Source: an uncultured Gemmatimonadaceae bacterium
GTDB lineage: Bacteria; Gemmatimonadota; Gemmatimonadetes; Gemmatimonadales; Gemmatimonadaceae
Length of the DNA stretch: 64,000 nt
Assembly: GCA_963740355.1 (NCBI GenBank)
Contig: CAVUDW010000002.1
Location: forward strand, 1,120,001-1,184,000
Direction: 5' to 3'
The notes under the pieces are model-generated. The model was not told where the DNA came from. It did not search any database and was given only the letters and a program-made list of their open reading frames with translations. How positions within the stretch are numbered: position 1 is the stretch's first letter; each line of letters opens with the position of its first letter. Made by a program: the position numbers and the translations under genes. Positions 19,241-29,603 of the stretch are shown one piece after another.

Positions 19241-19384
19241 TGAGTGAGCGATGAGGTGTTTTTGACGGGACCGCCGTGTTACTTGTGAGGAAGAAGCTGA
19301 CAACGAGCGACTTCCGTTCCCGGGGGTCGATCTGGCGCCGCGATGCTGCGAACTGCCACCCGCTTCCCTCACGAGGAGGGGCGC

Positions 19385-20050
19385 ATGAACTCGGCCGAGC
19401 AGATCAGGGTCGTGGTGGTTGATGAACATGCCCTCGTTCGGGCAGGCCTGCGGGCGCTGCTGCAACCGGCGACCGAAGTGAATGTGGTGGCTGAGCTGGC
19501 TGACGCGAGCATGGCGCTCGCCGCCGCACGGCAGACACAGGCGCAGGTGATGATCATCGATCGGCCCAGCGGCGGCGAGGATGGCATGACCATCGCCCGG
19601 TTGCTGCGCGACGCCGGTTTGCGCACGCAACTGCTGGTGCTGACGATGGCCGCATCGCAATCGGCGCTCGAATCGCTGCTGCTTGCGGGTGCGCGCGGCT
19701 ACCTGACTCGGGCGGCGGCCGAGCGCGACCTGATCGAGGCGGTGCGGACAGTGGCGCGTGGCACGACCTATCGCTGCCCCACGCTCGCGGCGCCGCGGGG
19801 CGCGGAGGCGGATGTGCCGACTGCGGCGGATGTGGAGCGCAAGCGCTTCGACCGGCTCACCGAACGCGAACGTGAGGTGCTGGTGTGCACGGCACATGGG
19901 TTCACTGCGCCGGAGATCGGTGCGCGACTCAACATCAGCCCGAAAACCGTGGATACGTACAAGCAGCGGATCCAGGAGAAGCTGGGGCTGCATCACCGTC
20001 AGGATTACGTGCGCCTGGCGCTCAAGCTGCGGCTGATGGAGACCGGGTGA
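19385..20050 (+). CDS. NarL/FixJ (LuxR-type) response regulator, orphan
   Basis: GAGGAGG RBS; receiver domain; LTEREREVL...ISPKTVDTYK HTH. Confidence 0.92.
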   Translation: MNSAEQIRVVVVDEHALVRAGLRALLQPATEVNVVAELADASMALAAARQTQAQVMIIDRPSGGEDGMTIARLLRDAGLRTQLLVLTMAASQSALESLLLAGARGYLTRAAAERDLIEAVRTVARGTTYRCPTLAAPRGAEADVPTAADVERKRFDRLTEREREVLVCTAHGFTAPEIGARLNISPKTVDTYKQRIQEKLGLHHRQDYVRLALKLRLMETG

Positions 20051-20179
20051 TTGCGTGGGCTACTGTGGAGCGAGCGTGCGTCTGGCCTGACCGCATGACG
20101 CCCCCACGCACGGACAACCTCGTGGATCGCGGGTAGATTGACCGGTATCGCTGGTGGTCCTCTCCAGATGGGTCCGGGT

Positions 20180-20626
20180 ATGACGATTTCCATTCGCACG
20201 CTGAGCCCCGACGAGTGCGCGGCGCTGCTGGCGTCGCAACAGGTCGGGCGTCTCGCCTACGCCTTCAAGCAGCGGGTCGACATCGAGCCGATTCATTACG
20301 TGGCGGACGGGGAATGGATCTATCTCCGCACGGCACACGGCACGAAGGTGGCCATGCTGGAGCATCAGCCGTGGGTCGCGTTCGAGGTCGACGACGTGCG
20401 CGCACTCTTCGAATGGCAGAGTGTGGTGGTACACGGCACCGTGCAGATCCTCGATGCGTCCGACGGTCGCGAGGGTGAAAGTCGCTGGAACCACGCGGTC
20501 GAGGTCTTCCGGCAGCTGGTTCCACAGGCGTTTGCAGCCGGTGACCCGACGCCGGAACGGGGCGTGATGCTGCGGATCCACCTCTCGAACGTGGAGGGTC
20601 GCGCGGCGAGCGCGGCCGTGGTGTAA
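20180..20626 (+). CDS. Pyridoxamine 5'-phosphate oxidase-family flavin-binding protein
   Basis: VGRLAY, PIHY, RTAHGTK, VAFEVD, WQSVVVHG. Confidence 0.88.
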   Translation: MTISIRTLSPDECAALLASQQVGRLAYAFKQRVDIEPIHYVADGEWIYLRTAHGTKVAMLEHQPWVAFEVDDVRALFEWQSVVVHGTVQILDASDGREGESRWNHAVEVFRQLVPQAFAAGDPTPERGVMLRIHLSNVEGRAASAAVV

Positions 20627-20807
20627 GCGACTCCCTGACAGCGACTTACGCCCGCAGGGGCGATGCTTGCGGTAGCGCCGACGCCGGTGCCCATCAATAA
20701 TGGGGAGCTGGTGTAACACGGGACGAGTCCGGGCCGTAGGGAAACCGGTGTCCCGCCGGGACGGCTCCGTTACGCCGCAACCGCTTGGAGAGGGTATTCT
20801 TCTGCGC

Positions 20808-21326
20808 ATGAATGGCTCGTTGATCGCTCGACTCCTGCGCCGGGATCTCTTCTGGTACTACCGGCTGCGCCTGAGTCCTGACATTCCGCAGTTCTGGCGG
20901 AATTTCTGGTTGCTCATGACGCATCTTGGCGGAGCGCGCGTGACGGTCGCGGCCTGCCTCGTGGGACTCTGCTTTCCGCGCTCCAGGTTTGCGGCTGCGC
21001 ACACATCGGTGGCATTGCTGGTGGCGTTCCTGATCTCGCAGATCATCAAGCGCAGCGTGAGCCGCGAACGCCCCGCAGAAATTCGCCGTGGCAACACGGT
21101 GCTCCAGGCACCAGACCGGTTCAGCTTCCCCAGCGGGCATTCCGCCGCTGCCATGGCTGTCGCCGCGATGTACGCGCTGACCTTCCCATCGCTCGGCATC
21201 TGGTTGCTGCCGTTGGCCGTGATGGTCGGATACAGCCGGGTTGCGCTGGGTGTGCATTACCCACTCGATGTGATCGCCGGCCAGGCCATCGCACTCCTGA
21301 CCGCCGGGCTGCTGCGTCTCTGGTAG
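20808..21326 (+). CDS. PAP2-family phosphatase
   Basis: KxxxxxxRP, SFPSGH, SRVALGVHYPLD. Confidence 0.92.
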   Translation: MNGSLIARLLRRDLFWYYRLRLSPDIPQFWRNFWLLMTHLGGARVTVAACLVGLCFPRSRFAAAHTSVALLVAFLISQIIKRSVSRERPAEIRRGNTVLQAPDRFSFPSGHSAAAMAVAAMYALTFPSLGIWLLPLAVMVGYSRVALGVHYPLDVIAGQAIALLTAGLLRLW

Positions 21327-21336
21327 CTGTCGTCCG

Positions 21337-22257
21337 TCAGCGAAGAATCGCGGCGTGCACGATGCGCGCGATGTCAGCGATCAGCAGTCGCGCCTCCGGC
21401 TGTGACTCGATGCCGCTGGTCAACACCACCAGCACATACGGCGCGCCGCGCTCCGGATAGACGATCGCGGCGTCGTGCTCGACACGCGTGATGTCGCCGG
21501 TCTTGTGCGCGATGCGAGTGCCTTTCGGAAGGCCAGCGGGAATGGCGGAGTTGAAGTGCTGTGCGAACAGGACGTCACGCATCCATGCGCAGGACGTGGG
21601 TGACGCGGCGCGGTCGGTGGCGATCGCTGCCAGCAGGGCGCCGAGGTCATTGGCGGTCGTGACGTTGTTCAACCCGGCGCGAAACGCCGGATTGTCCTCC
21701 ACACCGCGGCGCACGAGCATGCGCGTCGCACCGAGTGTGCGTGTGAGGGCGGTGACGGAATCCGCTGCGACCACCGTCAGCAGCGCGTTGGTCGCGAGGT
21801 TGCTGGAGTGTGTGATCATGCGCGTCGCCAGCCACCGGATCGGCACGCGCTCACCGACGCGATCATACACCGAGTCGTCGGAATCGTCGGTCTTGCTCAG
21901 TGTGTACGGCGACTGATCGACGATCGAATTGAACTCGTTGCGGAGCAGCATCGGGTCGTCGAGTTGCAGCAGCCCGCGGTCGGCACGCTGCGCGAGTGCG
22001 ATGAGGACTGGCACCTTCATCGTGCTCGCGGCGTGCACGAGCGAATCGCCGCGGAGCACGATCCGTGGCCCGCGTCCGTCCAGCCGCCAGGCGGCCACGC
22101 GGACCACCGCCCCCGGCGTACGGGAGGCCCGTGCCTCGATCGCAGCGGTGGCATCCAATTCGCGTATGGATGGGGTCGTCAGAGGCGTTCGCGCCGCGCA
22201 TGCGCACAGCAGGGGCGTGAGCGCGAGCGCGGTCGCCAGCCGGAAGATCGATGTCAT
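21337..22257 (-). CDS. Class A beta-lactamase-like serine hydrolase (probable lipoprotein)
   Basis: STMK (SxxK), SSN (SxN), HKTG; LCAC lipobox-like. Confidence 0.88.
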   Translation of the reverse strand: MTSIFRLATALALTPLLCACAARTPLTTPSIRELDATAAIEARASRTPGAVVRVAAWRLDGRGPRIVLRGDSLVHAASTMKVPVLIALAQRADRGLLQLDDPMLLRNEFNSIVDQSPYTLSKTDDSDDSVYDRVGERVPIRWLATRMITHSSNLATNALLTVVAADSVTALTRTLGATRMLVRRGVEDNPAFRAGLNNVTTANDLGALLAAIATDRAASPTSCAWMRDVLFAQHFNSAIPAGLPKGTRIAHKTGDITRVEHDAAIVYPERGAPYVLVVLTSGIESQPEARLLIADIARIVHAAILR

Positions 22258-22459
22258 GCAGCGAGGGTATGCCCTGTCGGCGCGAGGGGCAACCATCGAG
22301 GGCGTGGTGGCCTCGGAGGGGAGTGTTGCGTCCGATGCGATCACTTGGTCAGGAGAGCGCGGAAGTCGCGCCAGAAATCGGTTTCGCCCCCCGTACGAGA
22401 CCGCTAGACTCGACCTCGTGCGCTGCCGTCGTCCAATCCGTTTCCCACTGCTGCCTGTG

Positions 22460-24115
22460 ATGCGTTTCTGCCCACCGATCGCGGTCTTGTTGTTTGCCAC
22501 CGGTTGCGCGTCGCATGGCGCCACATGGTCTGCACCCACGCCTGCGCCCGGGTCGGACAGCGTGGTTGCGGCCGCAACGGCACCGATCGTGGCTGCAACG
22601 GCAGACACCACGCAGCGCGACTCGGTGGTCGCGGCAATCGTCTCCGATTCCGAGGTGGTCACGCGTGCGGCCGCGATTTTTGATGGGCCCCGCATTCCCA
22701 CCGGCACTGCTGGACCGATGGCCCCTGATGGTCGTGCGACATGGGACATCGACGTGCGCAGCTACGAGACGCATGAGATGGTGGCGCAGTACATCGGAAT
22801 CTTCACCGGACGCGCGCGCGCGTACATGGAGCGAAGCATGAGTCGCGGGACGCGATTCGACGCCATGCTGCGCAAGAAGTTTCGCGAGTCGGGGCTGCCA
22901 GAAGACATGACCTATCTGGCGTTGATCGAAAGCAGCTACATGCCGCATGCGTACTCCCGTGCCGCAGCGGTTGGCATGTGGCAATTCATGCCATCGACAG
23001 CGCGTGAAATCGGGATGCGCGTGGACTGGTGGGTGGATGAACGTCGCGACCCGATGCGCGCAACCGACGGCGCGATCGATTTCCTCACCGACCTGCACGA
23101 TTCGTATGGCAGCTGGTACCTCGCGGCTGCCGCCTACAATGGCGGCCCTGGGCGCGTCTCGCGTGGACTGAAGCGCTTCTCCGATGCGATGGATGGCTCG
23201 GAAGGTGAGGACCGATTCTTCGCGCTCGCTGAGCAACGGTATCTGCCGAGTGAGACCAAGGCGTACGTGCCGAAGTTGATCGCTGCGGCGATGGTGGCCA
23301 AGGAACCATCGCGTTACGGCCTGCGTGTGGACACGCTGCCGCCGTATCTCTACGACAGCGTGAATGTCGTTGGCGGCACGCCGATGACGGCCGTGGCGAA
23401 AGCGGCGAATACCACGCTCGAGGTGATTCGCGACCTGAATCCGCACTTCCTGCGTGGCGTGACACCGCCCGATGAGATCTCCGAGGTGCGGATTCCGGTG
23501 GGGGCATCGACGAACTTCAACGTGAACTTCATCGCGTTGGATGATGCCGAGCGCAGGGCGTGGCGTGTCGAGCGGATCGACAAGTTGCGGAGCGCTGAAG
23601 CGATCGCCGCCGAAGCGGGAATTCCGACCAAGGCCCTTCGGTGGGTCAACCCGAAGCTGTCGCTCGACCGACGCGGTCGCGTCCGGGCGGGCACGGTGCT
23701 TCGGATCCCGACCGCGATGACGGTCGCCGGGGCGCAGGACGTGCCGGATCCGTCAATCGCCCGGTACGGCTCGTCCAGCCGATCGCTGGTATCGAAGCGC
23801 GTCCGCGTACGGTCCGGGGAGTCCCTGGCCAGTGTCGCACGCCGGACCGGGGTGTCGGTGGCACAGCTGCGGGCCATCAACGGCATCAAGGGCAATCGAC
23901 TGCGGGCCGGGCAGGTACTGGTGGTTCGGCGCCCGTCGCGTGGCGCAGTCGCGGCCGCCCGCCGCTCGTCAGCGTCGCGCAGTCGGGCCTCCGCCACTGC
24001 CAAGCGTTGCACCAGTCGCGTGACCCGGGTGAATGGGAAGCGCCGCACGGTGACCAGTTGTTCGGCGCCGACCGGGTCCCCAGCCAAGAAGAAGGCCGCC
24101 GCCCGCCGTCGCTGA
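22460..24115 (+). CDS. mltD: Lytic murein transglycosylase MltD-like with LysM domains
   Basis: LALIESSY, AVGMWQFM, AAYNGG, ETKAYVPK; LysM repeats; lipobox ATGC. Confidence 0.9.
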   Translation: MRFCPPIAVLLFATGCASHGATWSAPTPAPGSDSVVAAATAPIVAATADTTQRDSVVAAIVSDSEVVTRAAAIFDGPRIPTGTAGPMAPDGRATWDIDVRSYETHEMVAQYIGIFTGRARAYMERSMSRGTRFDAMLRKKFRESGLPEDMTYLALIESSYMPHAYSRAAAVGMWQFMPSTAREIGMRVDWWVDERRDPMRATDGAIDFLTDLHDSYGSWYLAAAAYNGGPGRVSRGLKRFSDAMDGSEGEDRFFALAEQRYLPSETKAYVPKLIAAAMVAKEPSRYGLRVDTLPPYLYDSVNVVGGTPMTAVAKAANTTLEVIRDLNPHFLRGVTPPDEISEVRIPVGASTNFNVNFIALDDAERRAWRVERIDKLRSAEAIAAEAGIPTKALRWVNPKLSLDRRGRVRAGTVLRIPTAMTVAGAQDVPDPSIARYGSSSRSLVSKRVRVRSGESLASVARRTGVSVAQLRAINGIKGNRLRAGQVLVVRRPSRGAVAAARRSSASRSRASATAKRCTSRVTRVNGKRRTVTSCSAPTGSPAKKKAAARRR

Positions 24116-24196
24116 TCGAAGGTAGGCGCTGCAAACTCGCGTTTGCGTGGTCATGGCACGGCCTTTGGGCGAACGCTGTTTGCGGGGCATCATGCG

Positions 24197-24234
24197 AAAA
24201 ACGGGCGCACCCTGCGAGGGATGCGCCCGTTTTC
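24197..24234. terminator. Bidirectional intrinsic terminator
   Basis: AAAACGGGCGCA...TGCGCCCGTTTT between convergent genes. Confidence 0.85.
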
Positions 24235-24305
24235 ACCTTCTCTCCTGATATGTCTATCTCAGCTCCGATCCCGTCAACCGAGACTCCCGGTCTCGGCTTC
24301 CGGGC

Positions 24306-25085
24306 TCAGTCGTCGGATCGTGACGCCAGCGACGGGCGGACCCGTGCCGAACCGTTGTAGCCGCGCATGACCTTCCGATCGTAGCCGTTGGACGGGTCGA
24401 GGCCGAGCGAGAGCTCGTTCTGGACCGCCTGGGCGCCGCGGTTGTAGGTCAGCAGGGCGAGCTTGACGTTGCCATGATTTTCGTCGATCAGGTCGCGGAG
24501 ATAGCTGAAACCGATTCGAAGATTGGTTTCCCGCGAGTAGAGCTTCTGCTTCGTGATCTTCGGGTCGTAGTAGCGCGCCGTCGGCAGCATGACCTGCGTG
24601 AGGCCGGCAGCCCCGACGCCACTGGTCGCGCGCTCCTTGAACTGGCTTTCGACATTCACCAGCCGGAAGCCGAGCTCGGGATCGATCCCCGCTTCCAGCG
24701 CCGCATCGTGAATCGCGCGGGCCAGTTCGGTATCCACCATCCAGCGGCGGGAGAAGGTGTAGATCTTGTTCCAGCGCTGGAGGCGCTGGGTCGCACGGCG
24801 GGCCGTATCTGCGGCCTGGATGCGATCGGCGACCGTGGCGACTCGGGCAATGTTCGCGCTCGAGGCAGCAGGGCGGGCGACTTCGGCGCGGGCGTCCAGA
24901 ACGACGGGACGGCGGCCGAACGCCAGAACGGTTGCAACTGCTCCACCTGCAATGATCCAGCGGCGGAAGCGGCGACGGAGTCGCTCGGCATCACCGCGAT
25001 GTACATACGTTCCACGCAAATCGTGCATTCGTGCTACCCTCGCGTCAGGGGCGCGCCACATCGGATACCAGAAGCCATGCTTCAA
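24306..25085 (-). CDS. SLT-domain lytic transglycosylase
   Basis: VESQF, GAAGLTQV, ALLTYNRG; N-terminal TM; start uncertain. Confidence 0.85.
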   Translation of the reverse strand: MKHGFWYPMWRAPDARVARMHDLRGTYVHRGDAERLRRRFRRWIIAGGAVATVLAFGRRPVVLDARAEVARPAASSANIARVATVADRIQAADTARRATQRLQRWNKIYTFSRRWMVDTELARAIHDAALEAGIDPELGFRLVNVESQFKERATSGVGAAGLTQVMLPTARYYDPKITKQKLYSRETNLRIGFSYLRDLIDENHGNVKLALLTYNRGAQAVQNELSLGLDPSNGYDRKVMRGYNGSARVRPSLASRSDD

Positions 25086-25190
25086 GACTCCGACGCGTCA
25101 GCGCCAGTGGCGCGAAACCTTCCGCCTGACCTCGTCGGTCACCTGCTCAGGCGAAACGCATCGCAGTTCTGTGGGAAACGACGACGCGCC

Positions 25191-25697
25191 TCACGGCTCG
25201 TTCTCGCTTCCCGGCGGCGAACGGCGCCAGGATCCAGAGCGCCCTCCGTCCTTCGACTCCACCCGGATGTCGCCCAGAATCATCTCCCGGTCGACCGCCT
25301 TGGCCATGTCATAAACCGTCAACAGCGCGACGGACACGGCACACATCGCTTCCATCTCCACTCCCGTCGGTCCGACCGTCCGAACTTGTGCGGACGCACG
25401 AACTCCCGGAAGAGTCTCATCCATTACCAGAGCAATATCCAGACCGCGCAGGGCCAACGGATGGCAGAGGGGAATCAGGTCGGACGTCTTCTTCCCAGCC
25501 TGAATTCCGGCAATTCTTGCCACCGTCAGCACATCCCCCTTGGGCAGGGCCTGCCGCTGGATGAGGTGAAAGGTAGCCAATGACATCCGGATCGAACCAG
25601 TCGCGACCGCTACCCGGGCCGTGTCCGGTTTGACCGATACGTCAACCATCCGGGCATTTCCCTCTGAATCAATATGGCTCAGTTCGCTTTGGTTCAT
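25191..25697 (-). CDS. moaC: Cyclic pyranopterin monophosphate synthase MoaC
   Basis: ARMVDVS, KGDVL, LIPLCHP, TGVEMEA, YDMAKAVD. Confidence 0.97.
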   Translation of the reverse strand: MNQSELSHIDSEGNARMVDVSVKPDTARVAVATGSIRMSLATFHLIQRQALPKGDVLTVARIAGIQAGKKTSDLIPLCHPLALRGLDIALVMDETLPGVRASAQVRTVGPTGVEMEAMCAVSVALLTVYDMAKAVDREMILGDIRVESKDGGRSGSWRRSPPGSENEP

Positions 25698-26752
25698 CCG
25701 TTTATTCCGAGGGATTTGAGCTCGCGGAGCAGCTCGGCCGTGATGAGGGCAGGATTCACGTTGTGCTGGGTCCGCTCCCTGGCCGCCTCGACCGCGTCCT
25801 GCGCCCGGGCGAGGGCTGGGGCGGCGCCGCTGGCAGACTCCACGGCGGGCCGCAGCCGATCGTGGATCAGCCCCTCCAGCGCGTCGAGCGCATCGGCGAA
25901 TGCCCCGCGGGCGCCGGCCGGCTTTTCGGACAGGACGGCGATGAAGCGATCGGATGCGTCGCCGCGGAGCGCCTTGAGCCACTGTGCCGCATGCGCCGCG
26001 GACGTCTCGTGGGCGGTGCCGGCGAGCAAGGTCCCCGGGGCACCCGAGGCGCGGTCGAGCACCGCCTCATCGACCCGCCCCAGCTTCGCCCGCACATCAT
26101 CGAGTGCGGTCCAGCTCCGCAGTTCCTCGGCCGCGAGCGGTGCCACGCGAACGGAGACGACCCGCGACCGAATGGTCGGCAAGAGTGACCCGGGCTCGCT
26201 CGTGGTGAGGATGAGCGTCGTGTCGGGCAGGGGCTCCTCGAGCAGCTTGAGGAGTGCGTTGGCGGCCGAATCACTGCCTTCCTGGGCGATCAGCCGATCG
26301 GCATCACCGAGGATCATGATCTTGCGCTTGGCCATGGCGGGCGAGCTGGCGGCGGCGCGCACCAGGCTGCGGATCATCTCGATGAAGAGGCCTTCGCTGC
26401 CACTGCTCGGTCCCCAGAGTCCGCCGGCCTGCGCGCGGTCGCGCATTGCCCCACGCATGAAGGCGAGGGCCTCTTCCGGCGACGAGTCCGAGATGTCGGC
26501 GCGAGGCACCGGGAAGAACCAATAGAGATCGGGATGCGTGAGGTCGGCCGTGTATCGGCATGCCTGGCAGCTCCCGCACGGCACCGGTGTGCCTGAACAC
26601 AAGAGGGCCTGCGCCAGCCAGAGCGCGAGTCGCTGCTTGCCGACACCGCGCCGGCCATGCAGAAGGAGCGAGCCGGGCATCGTGCCGCGCGTGATCGCAT
26701 CTCCAAGCCGCTGGCGGAGCGCGTCGTGGCCAACGATTGGGGAAAGAGGCAT
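25694..26752 (-). CDS. holB: DNA polymerase III delta' subunit
   Basis: GxxGVGK, C..CGSCQAC zinc motif, HPD, AANALLKLLEEP, LLPTIRSR. Confidence 0.92.
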   Translation of the reverse strand: MPLSPIVGHDALRQRLGDAITRGTMPGSLLLHGRRGVGKQRLALWLAQALLCSGTPVPCGSCQACRYTADLTHPDLYWFFPVPRADISDSSPEEALAFMRGAMRDRAQAGGLWGPSSGSEGLFIEMIRSLVRAAASSPAMAKRKIMILGDADRLIAQEGSDSAANALLKLLEEPLPDTTLILTTSEPGSLLPTIRSRVVSVRVAPLAAEELRSWTALDDVRAKLGRVDEAVLDRASGAPGTLLAGTAHETSAAHAAQWLKALRGDASDRFIAVLSEKPAGARGAFADALDALEGLIHDRLRPAVESASGAAPALARAQDAVEAARERTQHNVNPALITAELLRELKSLGING

Positions 26753-26917
26753 CGATCAAAGGTGGGTGGTCGAGGCGGTGCCGGACAGTCTGCCGTGTGC
26801 ATATTCGGTGACACGCGCAATATTCCGGCACACGTACTCGATGCGGGCACGGTAGCAGCCGCTCGTACCTGACCGCCGCCCTGACCGTCGCCCTGACCGC
26901 CGCACCGGAGGCCGCAC

Positions 26918-27274
26918 ATGACAGGAACGCTGGCACTGTTGCTCACCGTTGCGGCGGGCGTGATCGTCGGCGTGACGGACTTGCGGTCAGCGGATGTGCA
27001 GGGGCCGGTGGCGGTGCTGTTCGCGGCGGCATTCTTCCTTGCCGCGTGGCATCCCGATGGCGCCTGGCGCCGCGGCCTTATGCTCGGCGCCTCGGTGCCA
27101 TTGGCGCATCTGGTCGCGCAGCTCACTGGCCGCACGCTGCCGTACACGGTCGATCACCCGGCGTCGACGCTACTGGCGATCGTTCCTGCGATGCTTGGCA
27201 CGGCCGTCGGCATGGCTGTCAGCCGATTGCGGCATCCGGACACACCGGGGAAGAAGTTCGAGCCACCGCGCTGA
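26918..27274 (+). CDS. Small membrane protein
   Basis: GGAGG RBS; about 4 hydrophobic segments. Confidence 0.7.
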   Translation: MTGTLALLLTVAAGVIVGVTDLRSADVQGPVAVLFAAAFFLAAWHPDGAWRRGLMLGASVPLAHLVAQLTGRTLPYTVDHPASTLLAIVPAMLGTAVGMAVSRLRHPDTPGKKFEPPR

Positions 27275-27277
27275 GGC

Positions 27278-28417
27278 TCAACGAGGCAAGAGACGCGAGT
27301 AGGCGTCGAGGACAGCATCGCGCGCGGCTTCGGGGGTTGGGCCGACCGCGGAGAGGTGGCCCATCTTGCGGCCAGGTTTTGCGATTTTCTTGCCATACAG
27401 GTGCAAGCGCACCCCAGGCACTTCGAGCGCCAGCGCCCACTCCGGCATCTGGCCATCACTCGGCCACAGATCGCCGAGCAGGTTGACGATCGCGCCAGCA
27501 GAAAGCAGTGCCGTGCTGCCGAGCGGAAGGCCACAGACGGCGCGGACCTGCTGTTCGAACTGACTGGTGAGGCAGGCGCGTTCGGTGGCGTGAAAGGTGT
27601 TGTGCGGCCGTGGGGCGAGCTCGTTCACCATGAGCGTGTCATCGGTGGTGACGAACAGCTCCACGGCGAGCAGGCCGATGATGCCGAGTTCTGCGGCGAT
27701 GGACGACGCGAGCGCGATGGCGGCGTCGGTGGTGGTATCGCTGACGGGCGCTGGTGTCATGGCCCAGGTCAACACGCCGTTGTCATGGTGATTCCACGAC
27801 ACCGGAAAGGTGCGCACTTCGCCCGTACTGCTGCGCGCCACCATGACGGACAATTCACCAGCCAGCTCGATCCATTGCTCCACGACGACTGTCGCGCCGT
27901 GGGTGAGTGCACCGGCGGCTTCGAGATCGTGGTGTGATCGGATGCGCGCCTGACCACGGCCGTCGTATCCGCCGCTGGTCGTCTTGGCGATGCTGCGACC
28001 GAGCGCCTCGAAGGCGGTGGCAACGTCGTGCGGCGTGCGCGCGATGCGAAATGGCGCGACCGGAAAGCCATTCGCCTCGAGCCACTGCTTCTGCCGGCCA
28101 CGATCCTGAATGATGTGGATCGGCGCAGCGCCTGGATGCACCGGCGCGTGCAGCGAGGCGGCCGCGATACTGGTGGTGGCCACCTGTTCGATGTCGAGCG
28201 TGATCACATCGCACTGCTCCGCAAAAGCCGTCGCGGCTTCGACGTCGTCGTACTTCGCGGTGACGACGCGAGAAGCGACGGCAGCGGCGGGGCAATGCGG
28301 ATCGGGGTCGAGCACATGCACGTCGTATCCCATCGCGCGGGCAGCGAACGCCGACATCCGAGCCAACTGTCCTCCACCCAGGAAACCGATCGTGCTGCCG
28401 GGGAGGATCGTGCTCAT
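27278..28417 (-). CDS. purK: N5-CAIR synthase (ATP-grasp)
   Basis: [32 protein letters not shown]. Confidence 0.97.
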   Translation of the reverse strand: MSTILPGSTIGFLGGGQLARMSAFAARAMGYDVHVLDPDPHCPAAAVASRVVTAKYDDVEAATAFAEQCDVITLDIEQVATTSIAAASLHAPVHPGAAPIHIIQDRGRQKQWLEANGFPVAPFRIARTPHDVATAFEALGRSIAKTTSGGYDGRGQARIRSHHDLEAAGALTHGATVVVEQWIELAGELSVMVARSSTGEVRTFPVSWNHHDNGVLTWAMTPAPVSDTTTDAAIALASSIAAELGIIGLLAVELFVTTDDTLMVNELAPRPHNTFHATERACLTSQFEQQVRAVCGLPLGSTALLSAGAIVNLLGDLWPSDGQMPEWALALEVPGVRLHLYGKKIAKPGRKMGHLSAVGPTPEAARDAVLDAYSRLLPR

Positions 28418-28929
28418 GCGGTGGGTCGTGGATCGGGGTGGTCGAGCACATCCTGGGTGCGAGCGGCACGCCAGGCGGTGAGCTTCGCGTGCAGCGCGGC
28501 GTCGGTGGTGGCCAGCATCTGCATGGCGAGCAGCGCCGCGTTGGCGGCGCCCGGTTGACCGATGGCAACGGTGGCGACGGGGATGCCCTTCGGCATCTGC
28601 ACGATCGACAGCAGCGCATCGATTCCGGCGAGTGCAGTGGCTGCGACCGGAACACCGATCACTGGCACGAGCGTCTTCGCGGCAAGCATCCCGGGCAGGT
28701 GGGCCGCGCCGCCAGCGGCCGCAATGATGACACGCAGCCCGCGCGGATGCGCCTGCTCCGCATACCGGAACATCTGGTCTGGGGTGCGGTGTGCGGAGAC
28801 GACGCGTACCTCGTGCGGCACACCGAACTCTTCAAGAATGGCGACGGCCGGTGCGAGCACGGGATAGTCGCTCGAGCTGCCCATCACGATGCCAATGAGC
28901 GGCGCGGGGATATCGGTAGAAGTTGTCAC
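28414..28929 (-). CDS. purE: N5-CAIR mutase
   Basis: [32 protein letters not shown]. Confidence 0.98.
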   Translation of the reverse strand: MTTSTDIPAPLIGIVMGSSSDYPVLAPAVAILEEFGVPHEVRVVSAHRTPDQMFRYAEQAHPRGLRVIIAAAGGAAHLPGMLAAKTLVPVIGVPVAATALAGIDALLSIVQMPKGIPVATVAIGQPGAANAALLAMQMLATTDAALHAKLTAWRAARTQDVLDHPDPRPTA

Positions 28930-29039
28930 GTGGCAAATATGGCAGGAGCCTGTCTGCCTCGCGGGGCATTTTGGGAAACGGCTGTTCCGTCGCCCTTGGC
29001 GTGTATAAGTTTCTTCTAATCATTGTCGAGGTCTGGCCG

Positions 29040-29603
29040 GTGGAAACGTTTCTGAGTGTGCTCACGGGCATAGGCGTGGCGGCGGCCTGCGGCTTTCGCG
29101 TGTTCGTGCCGTTGCTGGCGTTGGGGCTGGCTGGGCGCGCCAATGTGCTGCCATTGAACGACAGTTTCGCGATGCTGTCGTCGATGCCGGCGCTGGTGGC
29201 GCTGGGCACGGCGGCGACGCTGGAAGTGGGGGCCTACTACGTGCCCTGGCTCGACAACCTGCTCGACTTGGCGGCGGCGCCTGCGGCCGTGATTGCCGGC
29301 ATCCTGGCGAGCGCGGCGGTGCTTACCGACTTGCCGCCGGTGCTGACGTGGGGCATCGCGCTGATCGGAGGTGGTGGGGCGGCGGGAATCCTGCACGGGG
29401 CCACGTCGCTCCTGCGGCTGAAGAGCACTGCGGTGACCGGTGGTGTCGCGAACCCTGTGCTGTCGACGGGGGAGCTGGTCGGCGCGGTGGTCACCTCGGC
29501 GCTGGCGTTACTGGTGCCAGTGGTGTGCGCTGCCTTGTTGGTGCTGGTCGTGGTCTGGATGGTTCGTCAACGCTTACAAAAACCAAGGAAGGTCGTGACA
29601 TGA
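29040..29603 (+). CDS. DUF4126-family membrane protein
   Basis: AACGFRVFVPL, YYVPWLDNLLD, NPVLSTGE. Confidence 0.85.
   Translation: METFLSVLTGIGVAAACGFRVFVPLLALGLAGRANVLPLNDSFAMLSSMPALVALGTAATLEVGAYYVPWLDNLLDLAAAPAAVIAGILASAAVLTDLPPVLTWGIALIGGGGAAGILHGATSLLRLKSTAVTGGVANPVLSTGELVGAVVTSALALLVPVVCAALLVLVVVWMVRQRLQKPRKVVT

Noticed and set aside
19241..19996. N-terminal 250 aa of the 1069-aa ORF as a real third domain
   Set aside because: It is the antisense shadow of the response regulator on the plus strand
25191..25740. More A/T-ending codons in moaC as a sign of horizontal transfer
   Set aside because: Impression only, not quantified; the gene overlaps core holB and has no mobility signs
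26869..26903. Short tandem repeats (12-bp x3 here; similar at ~30341-30369 and ~33118-33143)
   Set aside because: Small stop-codon-adjacent or intergenic duplications with no evident function
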